64,000 nucleotides of DNA from Candidatus Pacearchaeota archaeon (GTDB lineage Archaea; Nanobdellota; Nanobdellia; UBA10117; JAFCGI01): assembly GCA_017608235.1 (NCBI GenBank), contig JAFCGI010000002.1, forward strand, positions 44,425-108,424, given 5' to 3'. Position 1 is the first letter of the stretch; each line of letters opens with the position of its first letter. Positions 16,838-25,949 of this stretch are shown here, one piece after another. A program made the position numbers and the translations under genes. The notes under the pieces are model-generated. The model made no database searches. It was not told the origin of the DNA and worked only from the letters and a program-made list of their open reading frames with translations.

Positions 16838-18076
16838 ATGGCTAATCCAAAAGATATCAAGGCAAAAGATATAATGAATAAAGACTTCTTAAAAATAGAT
16901 AAAGAAGAAGTAATTTCAAAACTTATTGGAAAGCTAATAAGATACAAAAAAGATGAAGCAGTTATCTTTGACAAAGATAGATTTTTTGGAATCACCAGGA
17001 AATATTATTTAATCAAATCAAAACTAGACCCTACTAAAGCAAAAATATCTACTGTCACATTTAAGCCACCCGTAGTAGAGGAAGATACAGACCTTATGAC
17101 AATAGCAGAACTACTCTTAGGATCAGATCCAACTGCTCTCCCAGTAATCAAAAAAGACAAAGTTCTTGGTTTAATAACAAAAACAGATGTTTTACTAACA
17201 TTCAAAAAAATAAAAGAACTTAGTAATATAAAAATTAATGATATTATGACAAAAAAACCTATCTGTTTTCATAAAGATGACAGGGTAGGTGATGCATTCT
17301 CTATAATGAGAGAGCAAGCAATAGGAAGACTCCCTGTTGTAGATAACTCAGGAAAGTTATACGGTGTACTTTGTTTCGCAGACACACTATTCAAAAATGC
17401 ATTAAAACCAAAAAAGAAACAGCAAGGATCTAACAGCCACACTAAACTACATTTTCCAGAATTCAGTCCAAAATCTATTTTTCTGCTAGATACAAATGTT
17501 GGAGATCTATCAACTAAACCAGTAATAACAATCTCAAAAAGATCCAGCATCAAAAAAGCAATAAAAATAATGGATGAATATAACATCTCAAGCTTAATAG
17601 TAACCGAACAAGATTTCCCAGTAGGAATAGTAACTAAAAAAGATATTCTTGAATCAATTCTAAGATTACAAGAATTCAAACCAGAAGTAATACATATAGT
17701 TGGAATTCAAAATCTAAAACCAATGCAAGCCACAATAGTAAAAGAAATTGCCTCTAGCATGTACTATAAAATTCATAATAACTTCCATAAAGATATAATT
17801 CATATGATTATTCATATCAAACAATACCATGATAAAGCATCTAAACATCAAAAAAAAGTAGGCGAATCAAAATATTCTATAATCATAAGACTTGCTGTAC
17901 CAAGTCATACTTATGTTGCAAGATCTGTTAAATGGACTCTACCTGATGCAGTTGGAGATGCCTTCGACACTTTAGAAAAAGAAATTCGTAATGCTCTAGA
18001 ACACAAAGAAGATCTAAGAAGATTCCCAAAAACAGCATTTAGAATCCCAAGAATCAGACTTTTAAAAGGAAAATAA
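16838..18076 (+). CDS. CBS-domain protein (two CBS pairs) with a C-terminal HPF/RaiA-like module
   Basis: Four CBS-like segments within residues ~10-280. The last ~130 aa read IHIVGIQNL..(helix)..IIHMIIHIKQY...KYSIIIRLAVPSHTYVARSVKWTLPDAVGDAFDTLEKEIRNALEHKED, which follows the beta-alpha-beta-beta-beta-alpha order and the terminal 'd.y.AiD.a.dkLe.ql.k.k' signature of HPF/YfiA. Confidence 0.65.
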   Translation: MANPKDIKAKDIMNKDFLKIDKEEVISKLIGKLIRYKKDEAVIFDKDRFFGITRKYYLIKSKLDPTKAKISTVTFKPPVVEEDTDLMTIAELLLGSDPTALPVIKKDKVLGLITKTDVLLTFKKIKELSNIKINDIMTKKPICFHKDDRVGDAFSIMREQAIGRLPVVDNSGKLYGVLCFADTLFKNALKPKKKQQGSNSHTKLHFPEFSPKSIFLLDTNVGDLSTKPVITISKRSSIKKAIKIMDEYNISSLIVTEQDFPVGIVTKKDILESILRLQEFKPEVIHIVGIQNLKPMQATIVKEIASSMYYKIHNNFHKDIIHMIIHIKQYHDKASKHQKKVGESKYSIIIRLAVPSHTYVARSVKWTLPDAVGDAFDTLEKEIRNALEHKEDLRRFPKTAFRIPRIRLLKGK

Positions 18077-18217
18077 CTTAATTTCCAAAGTAGTAAAGTA
18101 GTATCTCAAAATCTTAATATCCTCTAACCTATAGATTTTTTTTGAAATACTAATACTTAAACAGTAACTTAAATAGAACACTAATACTTAATAGTATTTA
18201 TATCCAATCCTATCAGT

Positions 18218-18922
18218 TTAAACATCTATATATTTAGGTTTAGGCAAGGTAAACTTAAAATCTATCCAATCCCTGCTAGTTTCAGCCCAAATCTGTCCAT
18301 TATATTTTTCAATTACTTTTCTAGCATCTGCTAACTCAAATCTAGGTATTTGATCTCCTTTATAATTACTCCAAATACTAATCAAATACTTATCATTCTG
18401 ATCCTCAATAAAATATCTAGTTTTGCTTTCTCCGTATTTAAGAGCTTTTGATATTAAATCAAACATAATTTTACTTTGAAATTCTCCTGCATTAATACAT
18501 ACAGAAACAGGATCTTCAACTGCAACAGCACGTTCTACATTTATACCTTTATTTTCAAAATCCAAATAATGAATATGAAACATTATATCAATCAAAGACA
18601 CTAAATCTGTCCTTCTCTCCAAACAAGGATCAACATCAAACAAAACATCCTTCATAACTCTTATACTTTCTCGAACCGCAAAATACAAAGATTCACTATC
18701 ATCAAATAAAGGATTCACCTGTCTAAAGGTATTTAATGGATAGATAGCATATCCAAATGCATTAGCAAGCACATGAGACCTTTTAAAAATATTCTTCTTC
18801 AAATTCTCCATTGCGCTAAGCTGTTGATATAACTTTCTAGAAACGCTTCTATTCATAGGACCTCTAATTATACTCTCTAAACCCAAAATTATCTTATTAG
18901 CATCAAACATTAGATCATCCAT
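18218..18922 (-). CDS. Degenerate histidine-kinase-like protein (HATPase_c-like C-terminus)
   Basis: The C-terminus ..IEKYNGQIWAETSRDWIDFKFTLP resembles the G2/lid end of GHKL kinases, ISKALKYG is N-box-like, and RSHVLANAFGYAIYPL is a possible H-box. There is no sensor or TM region and no response regulator nearby. Confidence 0.35.
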   Translation of the reverse strand: MDDLMFDANKIILGLESIIRGPMNRSVSRKLYQQLSAMENLKKNIFKRSHVLANAFGYAIYPLNTFRQVNPLFDDSESLYFAVRESIRVMKDVLFDVDPCLERRTDLVSLIDIMFHIHYLDFENKGINVERAVAVEDPVSVCINAGEFQSKIMFDLISKALKYGESKTRYFIEDQNDKYLISIWSNYKGDQIPRFELADARKVIEKYNGQIWAETSRDWIDFKFTLPKPKYIDV

Positions 18923-18970
18923 AAAAACATAAAGAATAAATAAAATTTTAAAAGTTTCTTAATCTTTCCT

Positions 18971-20074
18971 TTAAAAGTTTCTTAATCTTCTCAATGCAAA
19001 AATCTTTTCCTTCCTATCAAACTTAGCCTGCTTAATAGTTTCTCTAAGCAAATTAATTGATCGATCATAATTTACTCTATCAACAGGATATGGAATCCCA
19101 TCCTTGCCACCATGAGCAAAGCTATATTTACATGGATCCTGCCAAGAAGACTCAGAACCATAAATTAGTTCAGAGATTAAAGCTAAAGCTCTTATTGTCT
19201 TTGGACCCATCCCTTTCAAAGACACTAACTCTTCATAACTCTTAGGCTGATACTCATAAGCCTTCTGCAAAGTTTTGAAGTTTATTCGTCCCATATCTCT
19301 AATTTCATGGCAAGAAGGCATATTTAGAACTTTAACCTTATTTAAAAACAAGTCTAAATCAAGTTGCCCTCCAGACTTCAAATACTTCCTAAGATGTTCA
19401 GGATTATCATTAATCAAATCCAAAGATATTTCCCTTGTGTCTGTACTTCTCTTAGACGTTAAATCTAAAACATTTTTTTCTTTATGATCACTACAAATCG
19501 CAGAGTGTGGTTCATTCACAAAACTCTTCACATCAAAAGACAACCAATGATATCTCCTAGCATACTTAGTATTAGAATTTAACCCTTGTTGAATTACGCA
19601 CCATCTTCCCTTTTCATTAACAAAAAAAACATGATGATACAAGCCATATCCATCCTGTACAAGTGAATTATCAACTTTAGCTGAAAGCTTCGAACTATAA
19701 ACTAAAGACTCAATTTTCTTACTAGAAAAAGAAAACTCATCCCCTACTTTCTCCAGTTCTAAAGGAGTCTTATTTGAAGTCTTGCCCTTACCACCCGTAA
19801 CTCTTACCCCACAGTCCAGGGAATTAACAGACTCCTTCAAGGCTCCACAAACTGTTGTTGTTAAACCAGAACTATGCCAATCAAATCCAAGCACGTTTCC
19901 AAACGCTTGAAACCAATAAGGATCTGAAAGCCTCTTAAGTAACTCATTAGAACCATACTCATGAATAACTATATTACATATTTCCCTAGATAATAATCTC
20001 ATACGCTTAAACAACCAAGCAGGACATTTCCCTGGATGCAAAGGCAAATTAGCAATTCCAGTTCTCATAATCAA
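18971..20074 (-). CDS. DUF763-family protein with a C-terminal helix-hairpin-helix
   Basis: N-terminal LPLHPGKCPAWLFKRM...LSDPYWFQAFGNVLGFDWHSSGLTTT matches my memory of the DUF763 signature. An HhH-like LKGMGPKTIRALALISELIYG lies near the C-terminus. Confidence 0.55.
   Translation of the reverse strand: MIMRTGIANLPLHPGKCPAWLFKRMRLLSREICNIVIHEYGSNELLKRLSDPYWFQAFGNVLGFDWHSSGLTTTVCGALKESVNSLDCGVRVTGGKGKTSNKTPLELEKVGDEFSFSSKKIESLVYSSKLSAKVDNSLVQDGYGLYHHVFFVNEKGRWCVIQQGLNSNTKYARRYHWLSFDVKSFVNEPHSAICSDHKEKNVLDLTSKRSTDTREISLDLINDNPEHLRKYLKSGGQLDLDLFLNKVKVLNMPSCHEIRDMGRINFKTLQKAYEYQPKSYEELVSLKGMGPKTIRALALISELIYGSESSWQDPCKYSFAHGGKDGIPYPVDRVNYDRSINLLRETIKQAKFDRKEKIFALRRLRNF
19350..19370 (+). repeat. 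21-nt direct repeat, copy 1 (inside the DUF763 gene)
   Basis: AAGTCTAAATCAAGTTGCCCT; copy 2 at 20120-20140 differs by one base. Confidence 0.7.
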
Positions 20075-20119
20075 GAAAATACTAAGATATTTTATAAAGC
20101 CTGCGCGTGTAGTTGTCCA

Positions 20120-20140
20120 AAGTCTAAATCAAGTTACCCT
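20120..20140 (+). repeat. 21-nt direct repeat, copy 2 (intergenic, between the DUF763 and MgtC-like genes)
   Basis: AAGTCTAAATCAAGTTACCCT. Confidence 0.7.
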
Positions 20141-20189
20141 AAGTGGTAATAAATAACATTCATAAATGCCTTTTGACTAGTTATTACTA

Positions 20190-21527
20190 ATGGCATCTGC
20201 AGATATTATAGTATTTCAAAATTTCCTAATTGCAATAGCTATAGGTGCACTCCTAGGACTAGAAAAAGAACAATTAATACAAAAATTAAAACTAAAAAGA
20301 TTTAGTGGATTAAGAACATCAATACTAATTGCTTTGTTTGGTGCTATATCAGGCTATCTATCCAAAGAAATTTTCGAATCTATATATATAGTTGCAATAG
20401 CTTTTGGTGGCTTAATAGCCTTAGTAATTGCAGGATATTTTGCTACTTCCTTCATCAAAAAATCAATCGGTGGAACACAAGAAATAGCAACAATTCTAAT
20501 CTTTATGCTGGGATTAATGACTAGTGTAGGTTATGCAAATTTTGCAATAGTGCTTGCAGTAATAATTGCAGCAATAATAGCTTGGAGAAAACCTCTACAC
20601 ACTTTTGCAAAAAAGATCGAATCCTCAGAAATACTTGCTATGGTCAAGTTTGCTATAATTTCTCTTGTAATTTTACCTTTCCTTCCAAATGTAAACTATA
20701 CCCCTTTAGACATCCCATTAATAGGAAGCCTACTTTCAAATATTATATCTCCAGAACTATTAGCACAAATAGACGTCTTCAATCTATATAAAATATGGTT
20801 GATGGTAGTATTTATTTCTGCAATAGGATTTACAGGTTATGTCTTAATGAAATGGATTGGGTCTAGGGGAATTATTGCCACAGGTTTCCTAGGAGGATTA
20901 GTTTCTAGTACAGCAGTTACTTCTGCAATGTCAGATAAAAGTTTAAAAACAAAACTATATGCAAGCGCACTAGCAGCAGCAGTAATTGTAGCAACTTGTA
21001 CAAAGTTTGTAAGAGTATTATTTGAAGTTGCTGTTTTAAATCCCTCATTATTAGCTACTTTAGCTGTACCTATGCTCACTATGCTTGGTACAGGATTAAT
21101 TTCATCCTATTATATAGTAAACAAAGTAAAGAAAAAGCAGGCTACAGTTCAACATAAAGAAATCGATAAACTAAAAAGCCCATTCACAATCACCCCTGCT
21201 TTACAATTTGGTGCATTCTTTGCTGTCGTATTAACCGCAGCAAAAGTAGCACAAGTATTCTTTGGCAACATAGGAATATACTTTGCTGCAGCGCTCTCTG
21301 GATTAGCAGATGTTGATGCCATAACAATTAGTATGGCTAGTCTTTCAAGTCAAGGAGATATAGCAGGAGCTGTAGCAGTAACTGCAATAACAGTAGCAGT
21401 AATCACAAATACAATAGTTAAAAGTGCAATAGCTTATTTATTTGGAGCAAAACAATTCGCAAAGAATGTAATTTTAATCCTAACAATAACCCTAATTGCT
21501 GGAGGATTAAGCCTCTTATTTATATAA
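20190..21527 (+). CDS. MgtC/SapB-like plus DUF4010-type polytopic membrane protein
   Basis: 445 aa with about 12 hydrophobic segments. The N-terminus GALLGLEKEQ...FSGLRTSILIALFGA resembles the MgtC family. Confidence 0.55.
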   Translation: MASADIIVFQNFLIAIAIGALLGLEKEQLIQKLKLKRFSGLRTSILIALFGAISGYLSKEIFESIYIVAIAFGGLIALVIAGYFATSFIKKSIGGTQEIATILIFMLGLMTSVGYANFAIVLAVIIAAIIAWRKPLHTFAKKIESSEILAMVKFAIISLVILPFLPNVNYTPLDIPLIGSLLSNIISPELLAQIDVFNLYKIWLMVVFISAIGFTGYVLMKWIGSRGIIATGFLGGLVSSTAVTSAMSDKSLKTKLYASALAAAVIVATCTKFVRVLFEVAVLNPSLLATLAVPMLTMLGTGLISSYYIVNKVKKKQATVQHKEIDKLKSPFTITPALQFGAFFAVVLTAAKVAQVFFGNIGIYFAAALSGLADVDAITISMASLSSQGDIAGAVAVTAITVAVITNTIVKSAIAYLFGAKQFAKNVILILTITLIAGGLSLLFI

Positions 21528-21593
21528 TTCAACAAAACCGCATACCGCAACACTTTTATTCTTCACACTTCCATTTTTTTATGGGTGAAAACT

Positions 21594-21848
21594 ATGGAAA
21601 AAATAGAAGTAGGAAAAATAACTCACTATTTTTCAAAAATCGGAGTAGCTGTAGTAGAACTCAGCAATGAACTTAAAGAAGGAGATAAAATCTTAATAGA
21701 AGGCGCCACAACAGATATAGAACAAAAAGCAACATCCATGCAAATAGAACATGATAAGATTAATATTGCAAAAGCAGGTCAAGCAATAGGCATGAAAGTC
21801 AAAGACAAAGTCAGAAAGGGAGATACAGTCTACAAAATCATAGAATAA
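21594..21848 (+). CDS. Small EF-Tu domain-2-like beta-barrel protein ('translation elongation factor-like')
   Basis: GKITHYFSKIGVAVVELSNELKEGDKILIEG...AKAGQAIGMKVKDKVRKGDTVYKI; the ATG lies 5 nt after GGTGA. Confidence 0.45.
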   Translation: MEKIEVGKITHYFSKIGVAVVELSNELKEGDKILIEGATTDIEQKATSMQIEHDKINIAKAGQAIGMKVKDKVRKGDTVYKIIE

Positions 21849-21912
21849 TTTTTTTCTTTATTTATCATTCCGAAACACTTAATAGAAATAAACTAGACTA
21901 TCTCTTAAGAAA

Positions 21913-22935
21913 ATGAACCCTAAAGAAAAACTTGAATTAATTAAAAGAAATACTGAAGAAATAATTACTGAAAAAGAACTCGAAAGCCTGTTAAAGAAAA
22001 AGAAACAGCCTGTAGTATATTTAGGCACAGCTATTACTGGCAAGCCACATATTGCCTATTTTATGTTTATTCTAAAATTATCTGATTTTCTTAAAGCAGG
22101 ATTTAAAGTTAAACTATTATTAGCAGATATCCATGGTGCCCTAGATAATACTCCTTGGGAAATATTAGAATACAGATACAAATACTATAATAAAATTATT
22201 CCATTAATGTTCAAAGCCATAGGCATAGATACAAAAAACTTTGAAATAATAAGGGGCTCAGAATTCCAACTAAAAAAAGAATATGTATATGATATACTTA
22301 AAGCATCTACCTATATCTCCATAAATGATGCTAAAAGAGCTGCATCTGAAGTAGTTAAATTTGGAGATAACCCAAGACTTTCAGGACTCATCTATCCCAT
22401 AATGCAAATGCTCGATGAACAATATCTAAATGTGGATATCCAATATGGTGGTACAGATCAAAGGAAGATTTTTATGCTTGCTAGAGAAAATCATCCCAAA
22501 ATAGGCTATAAACCAAGAATTGAAATTATGACTCCAATGCTTCCTGGATTAGCTGGAGCAAAAATGTCTGCTTCAGTAGAAAAATCAAAGATAGATCTTC
22601 TTGATTCAGAGGAAATAGTCAAAGACAAAGTCAAATCTGCATTCTGCCCGCCAGGAGAAATTGAAAACAATGGAATAATACTATTCATAAAACATATAAT
22701 CTTTACACTAAAACAAGATCAAAAAAAGACCTTTATTATCAAGCGTCCAGAAAAATATGGAGGTAATGTTGAATATAAAAACTATAAATCTCTAGAAAAA
22801 GACTATCTAGCAAAGAAAATACACCCTGCAGACCTTAAAACTGCATTTACAGAAGAAATAAACTCTTTACTAAACCCAATAAGAAAAAGTTTCAAAGATT
22901 CCTCTCTAATCAAGAAAGCCTACCCAAAAGCTTAA
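21913..22935 (+). CDS. tyrS: Tyrosine--tRNA ligase (archaeal type)
   Basis: It can be aligned along its whole length to my recollection of M. jannaschii TyrRS (IKRNTEEIITEKELESLL.., YPIMQ.., GGTDQRKIFMLARE, KMSAS, IKRPEKYGG, HPADLK). Confidence 0.9.
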   Translation: MNPKEKLELIKRNTEEIITEKELESLLKKKKQPVVYLGTAITGKPHIAYFMFILKLSDFLKAGFKVKLLLADIHGALDNTPWEILEYRYKYYNKIIPLMFKAIGIDTKNFEIIRGSEFQLKKEYVYDILKASTYISINDAKRAASEVVKFGDNPRLSGLIYPIMQMLDEQYLNVDIQYGGTDQRKIFMLARENHPKIGYKPRIEIMTPMLPGLAGAKMSASVEKSKIDLLDSEEIVKDKVKSAFCPPGEIENNGIILFIKHIIFTLKQDQKKTFIIKRPEKYGGNVEYKNYKSLEKDYLAKKIHPADLKTAFTEEINSLLNPIRKSFKDSSLIKKAYPKA

Positions 22936-22959
22936 AAACCATACAAAGAACAAATTCTT

Positions 22960-23130
22960 ATGGCATATTTCAAAAGTAAACCAATCAGACTAACAACAAG
23001 ACCATTAAAAGCAGTATTTTACCAAGCTGTAAATACTACTAATATGGTAAGTCTACCTTTTGCAGACAAAGGACATGCAGAAAGAATAGCTTTTGTAATT
23101 CAAGGTTGGACTGAAGAACTAAAAGCCTAA
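22960..23130 (+). CDS. Hypothetical 56-aa protein (below the track cutoff)
   Basis: My translation is MAYFKSKPIRLTTRPLKAVFYQAVNTTNMVSLPFADKGHAERIAFVIQGWTEELKA. It fills the tyrS-gltX gap and I recognise no motif. Confidence 0.3.
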   Translation: MAYFKSKPIRLTTRPLKAVFYQAVNTTNMVSLPFADKGHAERIAFVIQGWTEELKA

Positions 23131-23161
23131 ATTTAAATACTATCTTTTCTTATTTTTCTTA

Positions 23162-24835
23162 ATGGCAAATCTTAAGAAAGACATTGAAAAGTATGCTTTA
23201 GCTAATGCATTTCTGCATAATGGGAAAGCCAACTCTGGCGCTGTTCTTGGAAAACTAATCTCTAAAGATTCTTCTATAAAATCTAAAATCAAAAACATAA
23301 TGCCAGACATCAATAAAATCACTTCTAAAGTCAATAAACTTTCAATTAAAGAACAAGAATCCAAACTAAAGAAAATCTATCCAGATTTCTTCAAACCAAA
23401 AGAAGTTGAAGAAAAAGTTCTTCCAGAACTTCCAAACGTTTCAGGCAGAGTTATAATGAGATTTGAACCAAGTCCTTCTGGCCCATTACATATAGGCCAT
23501 GCTTATACTCTTAATTTAAATTCAGAATTTTGTAAAAACTACAAAGGTAAACTTATAATCAGAATCTCAGATACTAATCCAGACAATATCTATCCAAAAG
23601 CATACAAAATGATTCCTGAAGATGCAAACTGGGTAACAAAAGGCAATGTCCAGGAAGTTGCAATACAATCTGATAATCTTAAAAACTATTACAAAGTTGC
23701 AGAAAAACTTTTGAAGATAGAAAAAGCCTATGTTTGTGATTGTGATCCTGAAAAATGGAGAAAATTAATGCTAGATAAAAAATCCTGTGATTGTAGAAAT
23801 CTCAAAGCAAAATCACAATTAACTCGTTGGAGAAAAATGCTCTCTAAGCAAGGCTATAAACAAGGAGAAGCAGTTCTTAGAATTAAAACAAATCTAAAAC
23901 ATAAAAACCCTGCTATAAGAGACTGGCCTGCTCTTAGAATTAATGAAACCAAACATCCTAGACAAGGTAAAAAATATAGAGTCTGGCCTTTAATGAATTT
24001 TGCAGTTGCTGTAGACGACCATTTCATGAATATAACACATGCTGTAAGAATGAAAGAACACAGAGATAACGAATTAAAACAAAAATATATGTACAACTAT
24101 TTAAAATGGAAAATGCCTACTCATCTTTATGTTGGTGCTATAAATTTCATAGGGATCCCTTGTTCATGTTCCAAGGTTCGTCCATTAATTGAAGATAAAG
24201 TTTATTCTGGCTGGGATGATCCAAGAATTCCATTTCTCCGCGCCTTAAAGAGACGAGGCTATCAACCAGAAGCCCTAATCAAATACGCAATCCAAGTTGG
24301 ACCTACAGAAAATGACAAAACTGTCAACGGAGAAGAATTCTATAAACAACTAGATAGCTTAAACCGAGATATAATTGACCTATTAGCAGACAGATATTTC
24401 TTTGTCCCAAATCCAGTAAAAATAGAAGTAAAAGATCTCCCAAAAATAAAAGAAATCACTTTAAAAGTTCATCCAGAAAAAGCAGAAACTAGAAAGGTTA
24501 AACTCTCTGGAAATACATTTTACATAACAAAGCAAGATTTCAAAAAATTCAAAGGAAAAGAAATCAGACTCAAAGACCTAGTCAACATCAAACTAAACAA
24601 GAAATCCAAATTTACCTCAAAAAAGAATAAAGAAATTCCAAAGATCCAATGGGTTTCCAAAGATAACATCTCAGCAGAAATTCTAATGCCCTCAGGAGAA
24701 ACCATCTCTGGATTAGCAGAAATAGCTGCTTCAAAACTAAAACCTGGATCCATAATACAATTTGAGAGAGTAGGTTTCGCTAGATTGGATAGAAAAAAAC
24801 AAGGCAAAATTATTTTTTATTATTTGCATAAGTGA
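23162..24835 (+). CDS. gltX: Glutamate--tRNA ligase (archaeal GluRS)
   Basis: RFEPSPSGPLHIGHA (HIGH region); class I GlxRS core; 557 aa with an archaeal-type C-terminal anticodon-binding barrel. Confidence 0.9.
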   Translation: MANLKKDIEKYALANAFLHNGKANSGAVLGKLISKDSSIKSKIKNIMPDINKITSKVNKLSIKEQESKLKKIYPDFFKPKEVEEKVLPELPNVSGRVIMRFEPSPSGPLHIGHAYTLNLNSEFCKNYKGKLIIRISDTNPDNIYPKAYKMIPEDANWVTKGNVQEVAIQSDNLKNYYKVAEKLLKIEKAYVCDCDPEKWRKLMLDKKSCDCRNLKAKSQLTRWRKMLSKQGYKQGEAVLRIKTNLKHKNPAIRDWPALRINETKHPRQGKKYRVWPLMNFAVAVDDHFMNITHAVRMKEHRDNELKQKYMYNYLKWKMPTHLYVGAINFIGIPCSCSKVRPLIEDKVYSGWDDPRIPFLRALKRRGYQPEALIKYAIQVGPTENDKTVNGEEFYKQLDSLNRDIIDLLADRYFFVPNPVKIEVKDLPKIKEITLKVHPEKAETRKVKLSGNTFYITKQDFKKFKGKEIRLKDLVNIKLNKKSKFTSKKNKEIPKIQWVSKDNISAEILMPSGETISGLAEIAASKLKPGSIIQFERVGFARLDRKKQGKIIFYYLHK

Positions 24836-25135
24836 CTAAATAATCTGTGCCTTGTTCATTTATTTTATATAGCTATGAAGTCATATCAGTTCCAACAAAT
24901 TTTCTTCCATATTTTTCAACTAGACGCAACTTCTATAATTTATTAAAATATCTAACTATTGTATTTGAATCATGTTTTATTATTTTGCTTGCTAAATTTA
25001 TACAGACTAGATAAAAAACAAAAAAAAGCTAACCTTCTACTTTAACCACAAATAATAAGTTTTATAAAGCCCTTTTCATAAAATTCTATTACCCATGAAC
25101 TTAGGTATAACCAATGATAGTGAGGTAAGATAAAA

Positions 25136-25669
25136 ATGATAAAAAAATTCGAAGTATCTGAAGAACTTGCTAATAAAGTCTATAGACTAGTAGAAGAAGT
25201 AAGATCTTCAGGAAAATTAAGAAAGGGAACAAACGAAGTAACTAAAAGTATAGAACGTGGAGATGCTAAATTAGTAATTGTTGCTGATGATATAAATCCT
25301 CAAGAAATAATTATGCATATTCCTATGTTAGCAGATGAAAAGAAAATTCCATTTATCTTTGTACCAAAGAAAGATGAACTAGGAGCTGCAGCAGGACTTC
25401 CTGTAAGCACATCTGCAATAGCAATTCTAAATCCTGGTGAAGGTGCTAAATCACTTAAACAAGTAATTAGCAGCATAGAAAGCTTAAGAAAACCAAAGAC
25501 TATCCCTAAGGAAGAAAAAACTGAGGCAAAAAAAGCTGAACCAGCTGAGACAGAAAAAGCTAAGAAAAAAGAAACCCCTAAAGAATCAGTGAAAGAAGAA
25601 AAGCCAGCTGAAACAGTGAAAGAAGAAAAGCCAGCTGAAACAGTGAAAGAAGAAACCAAAGAAAAATAA
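25136..25669 (+). CDS. rpl7ae: Ribosomal protein L7Ae with a K/E/P-rich repetitive C-terminal tail
   Basis: Core GTNEVTKSIERGDAKLVIVADDINPQEII..IPFIFVPKKDELGAAAG; about 55 extra residues include the tandem VKEEKPAET. Confidence 0.9.
   Translation: MIKKFEVSEELANKVYRLVEEVRSSGKLRKGTNEVTKSIERGDAKLVIVADDINPQEIIMHIPMLADEKKIPFIFVPKKDELGAAAGLPVSTSAIAILNPGEGAKSLKQVISSIESLRKPKTIPKEEKTEAKKAEPAETEKAKKKETPKESVKEEKPAETVKEEKPAETVKEETKEK
25587..25655 (+). repeat. 27-nt tandem repeat, 2.5 copies, inside the L7Ae tail
   Basis: CAGTGAAAGAAGAAAAGCCAGCTGAAA is repeated perfectly at 25587 and 25614, with a partial third copy. Confidence 0.9.
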
Positions 25670-25671
25670 AC

Positions 25672-25947
25672 ATGGCAAAAAAACAACAAAAACCACAAAA
25701 ATCAAGAGAAAAAAAAGCAAGAATTATAGAAATTAGTGATCATGCTTACACTGCAAAAGTAGTTGAACTAATTGGAAGCATTGGTACAAAACAAGGTGGA
25801 ACTCAAGTTCGTTGCAAGGTTCTTCAAGGTCCAGATACAGGAAAAATCATAAGAAGAAACGTTCTCGGCCCAGTAAAAATCAATGATCTCTTAATGTTAA
25901 AAGAAACAGAAATCGAAGCAAACCCACTAAAGGGAAGAAAAAGATAA
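25672..25947 (+). CDS. rps28e: Ribosomal protein S28e with a lysine-rich N-terminal extension
   Basis: AKVVELIGSIGTKQGGTQVRCKVLQGPDTGKIIRRNVLGPVKINDLLMLKETEIEA. Confidence 0.85.
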   Translation: MAKKQQKPQKSREKKARIIEISDHAYTAKVVELIGSIGTKQGGTQVRCKVLQGPDTGKIIRRNVLGPVKINDLLMLKETEIEANPLKGRKR

Positions 25948-25949
25948 AA

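Noticed and set aside
25091-25135. A possible K-turn autoregulatory element in the L7Ae 5' leader (CCATGAAC...CCAATGATAGTGAGG contains UGAUAG/UGAGG strings).
   Set aside because: I could not build a canonical K-turn (C-stem, 3-nt bulge, tandem sheared G.A/A.G pairs) from these strings. The GGU-AUA-ACC mini-hairpin lacks a GA on the non-bulged strand.
25300-25698. 132-aa minus-strand ORF across the L7Ae gene. Similar S/F-rich antisense ORFs lie at 61984-62502 (ftsY), 62714-62899 and 62938-63225.
   Set aside because: These are shadow ORFs opposite strongly supported genes. Their low-complexity Ser/Phe composition comes from antisense GAA/AAG repeats.
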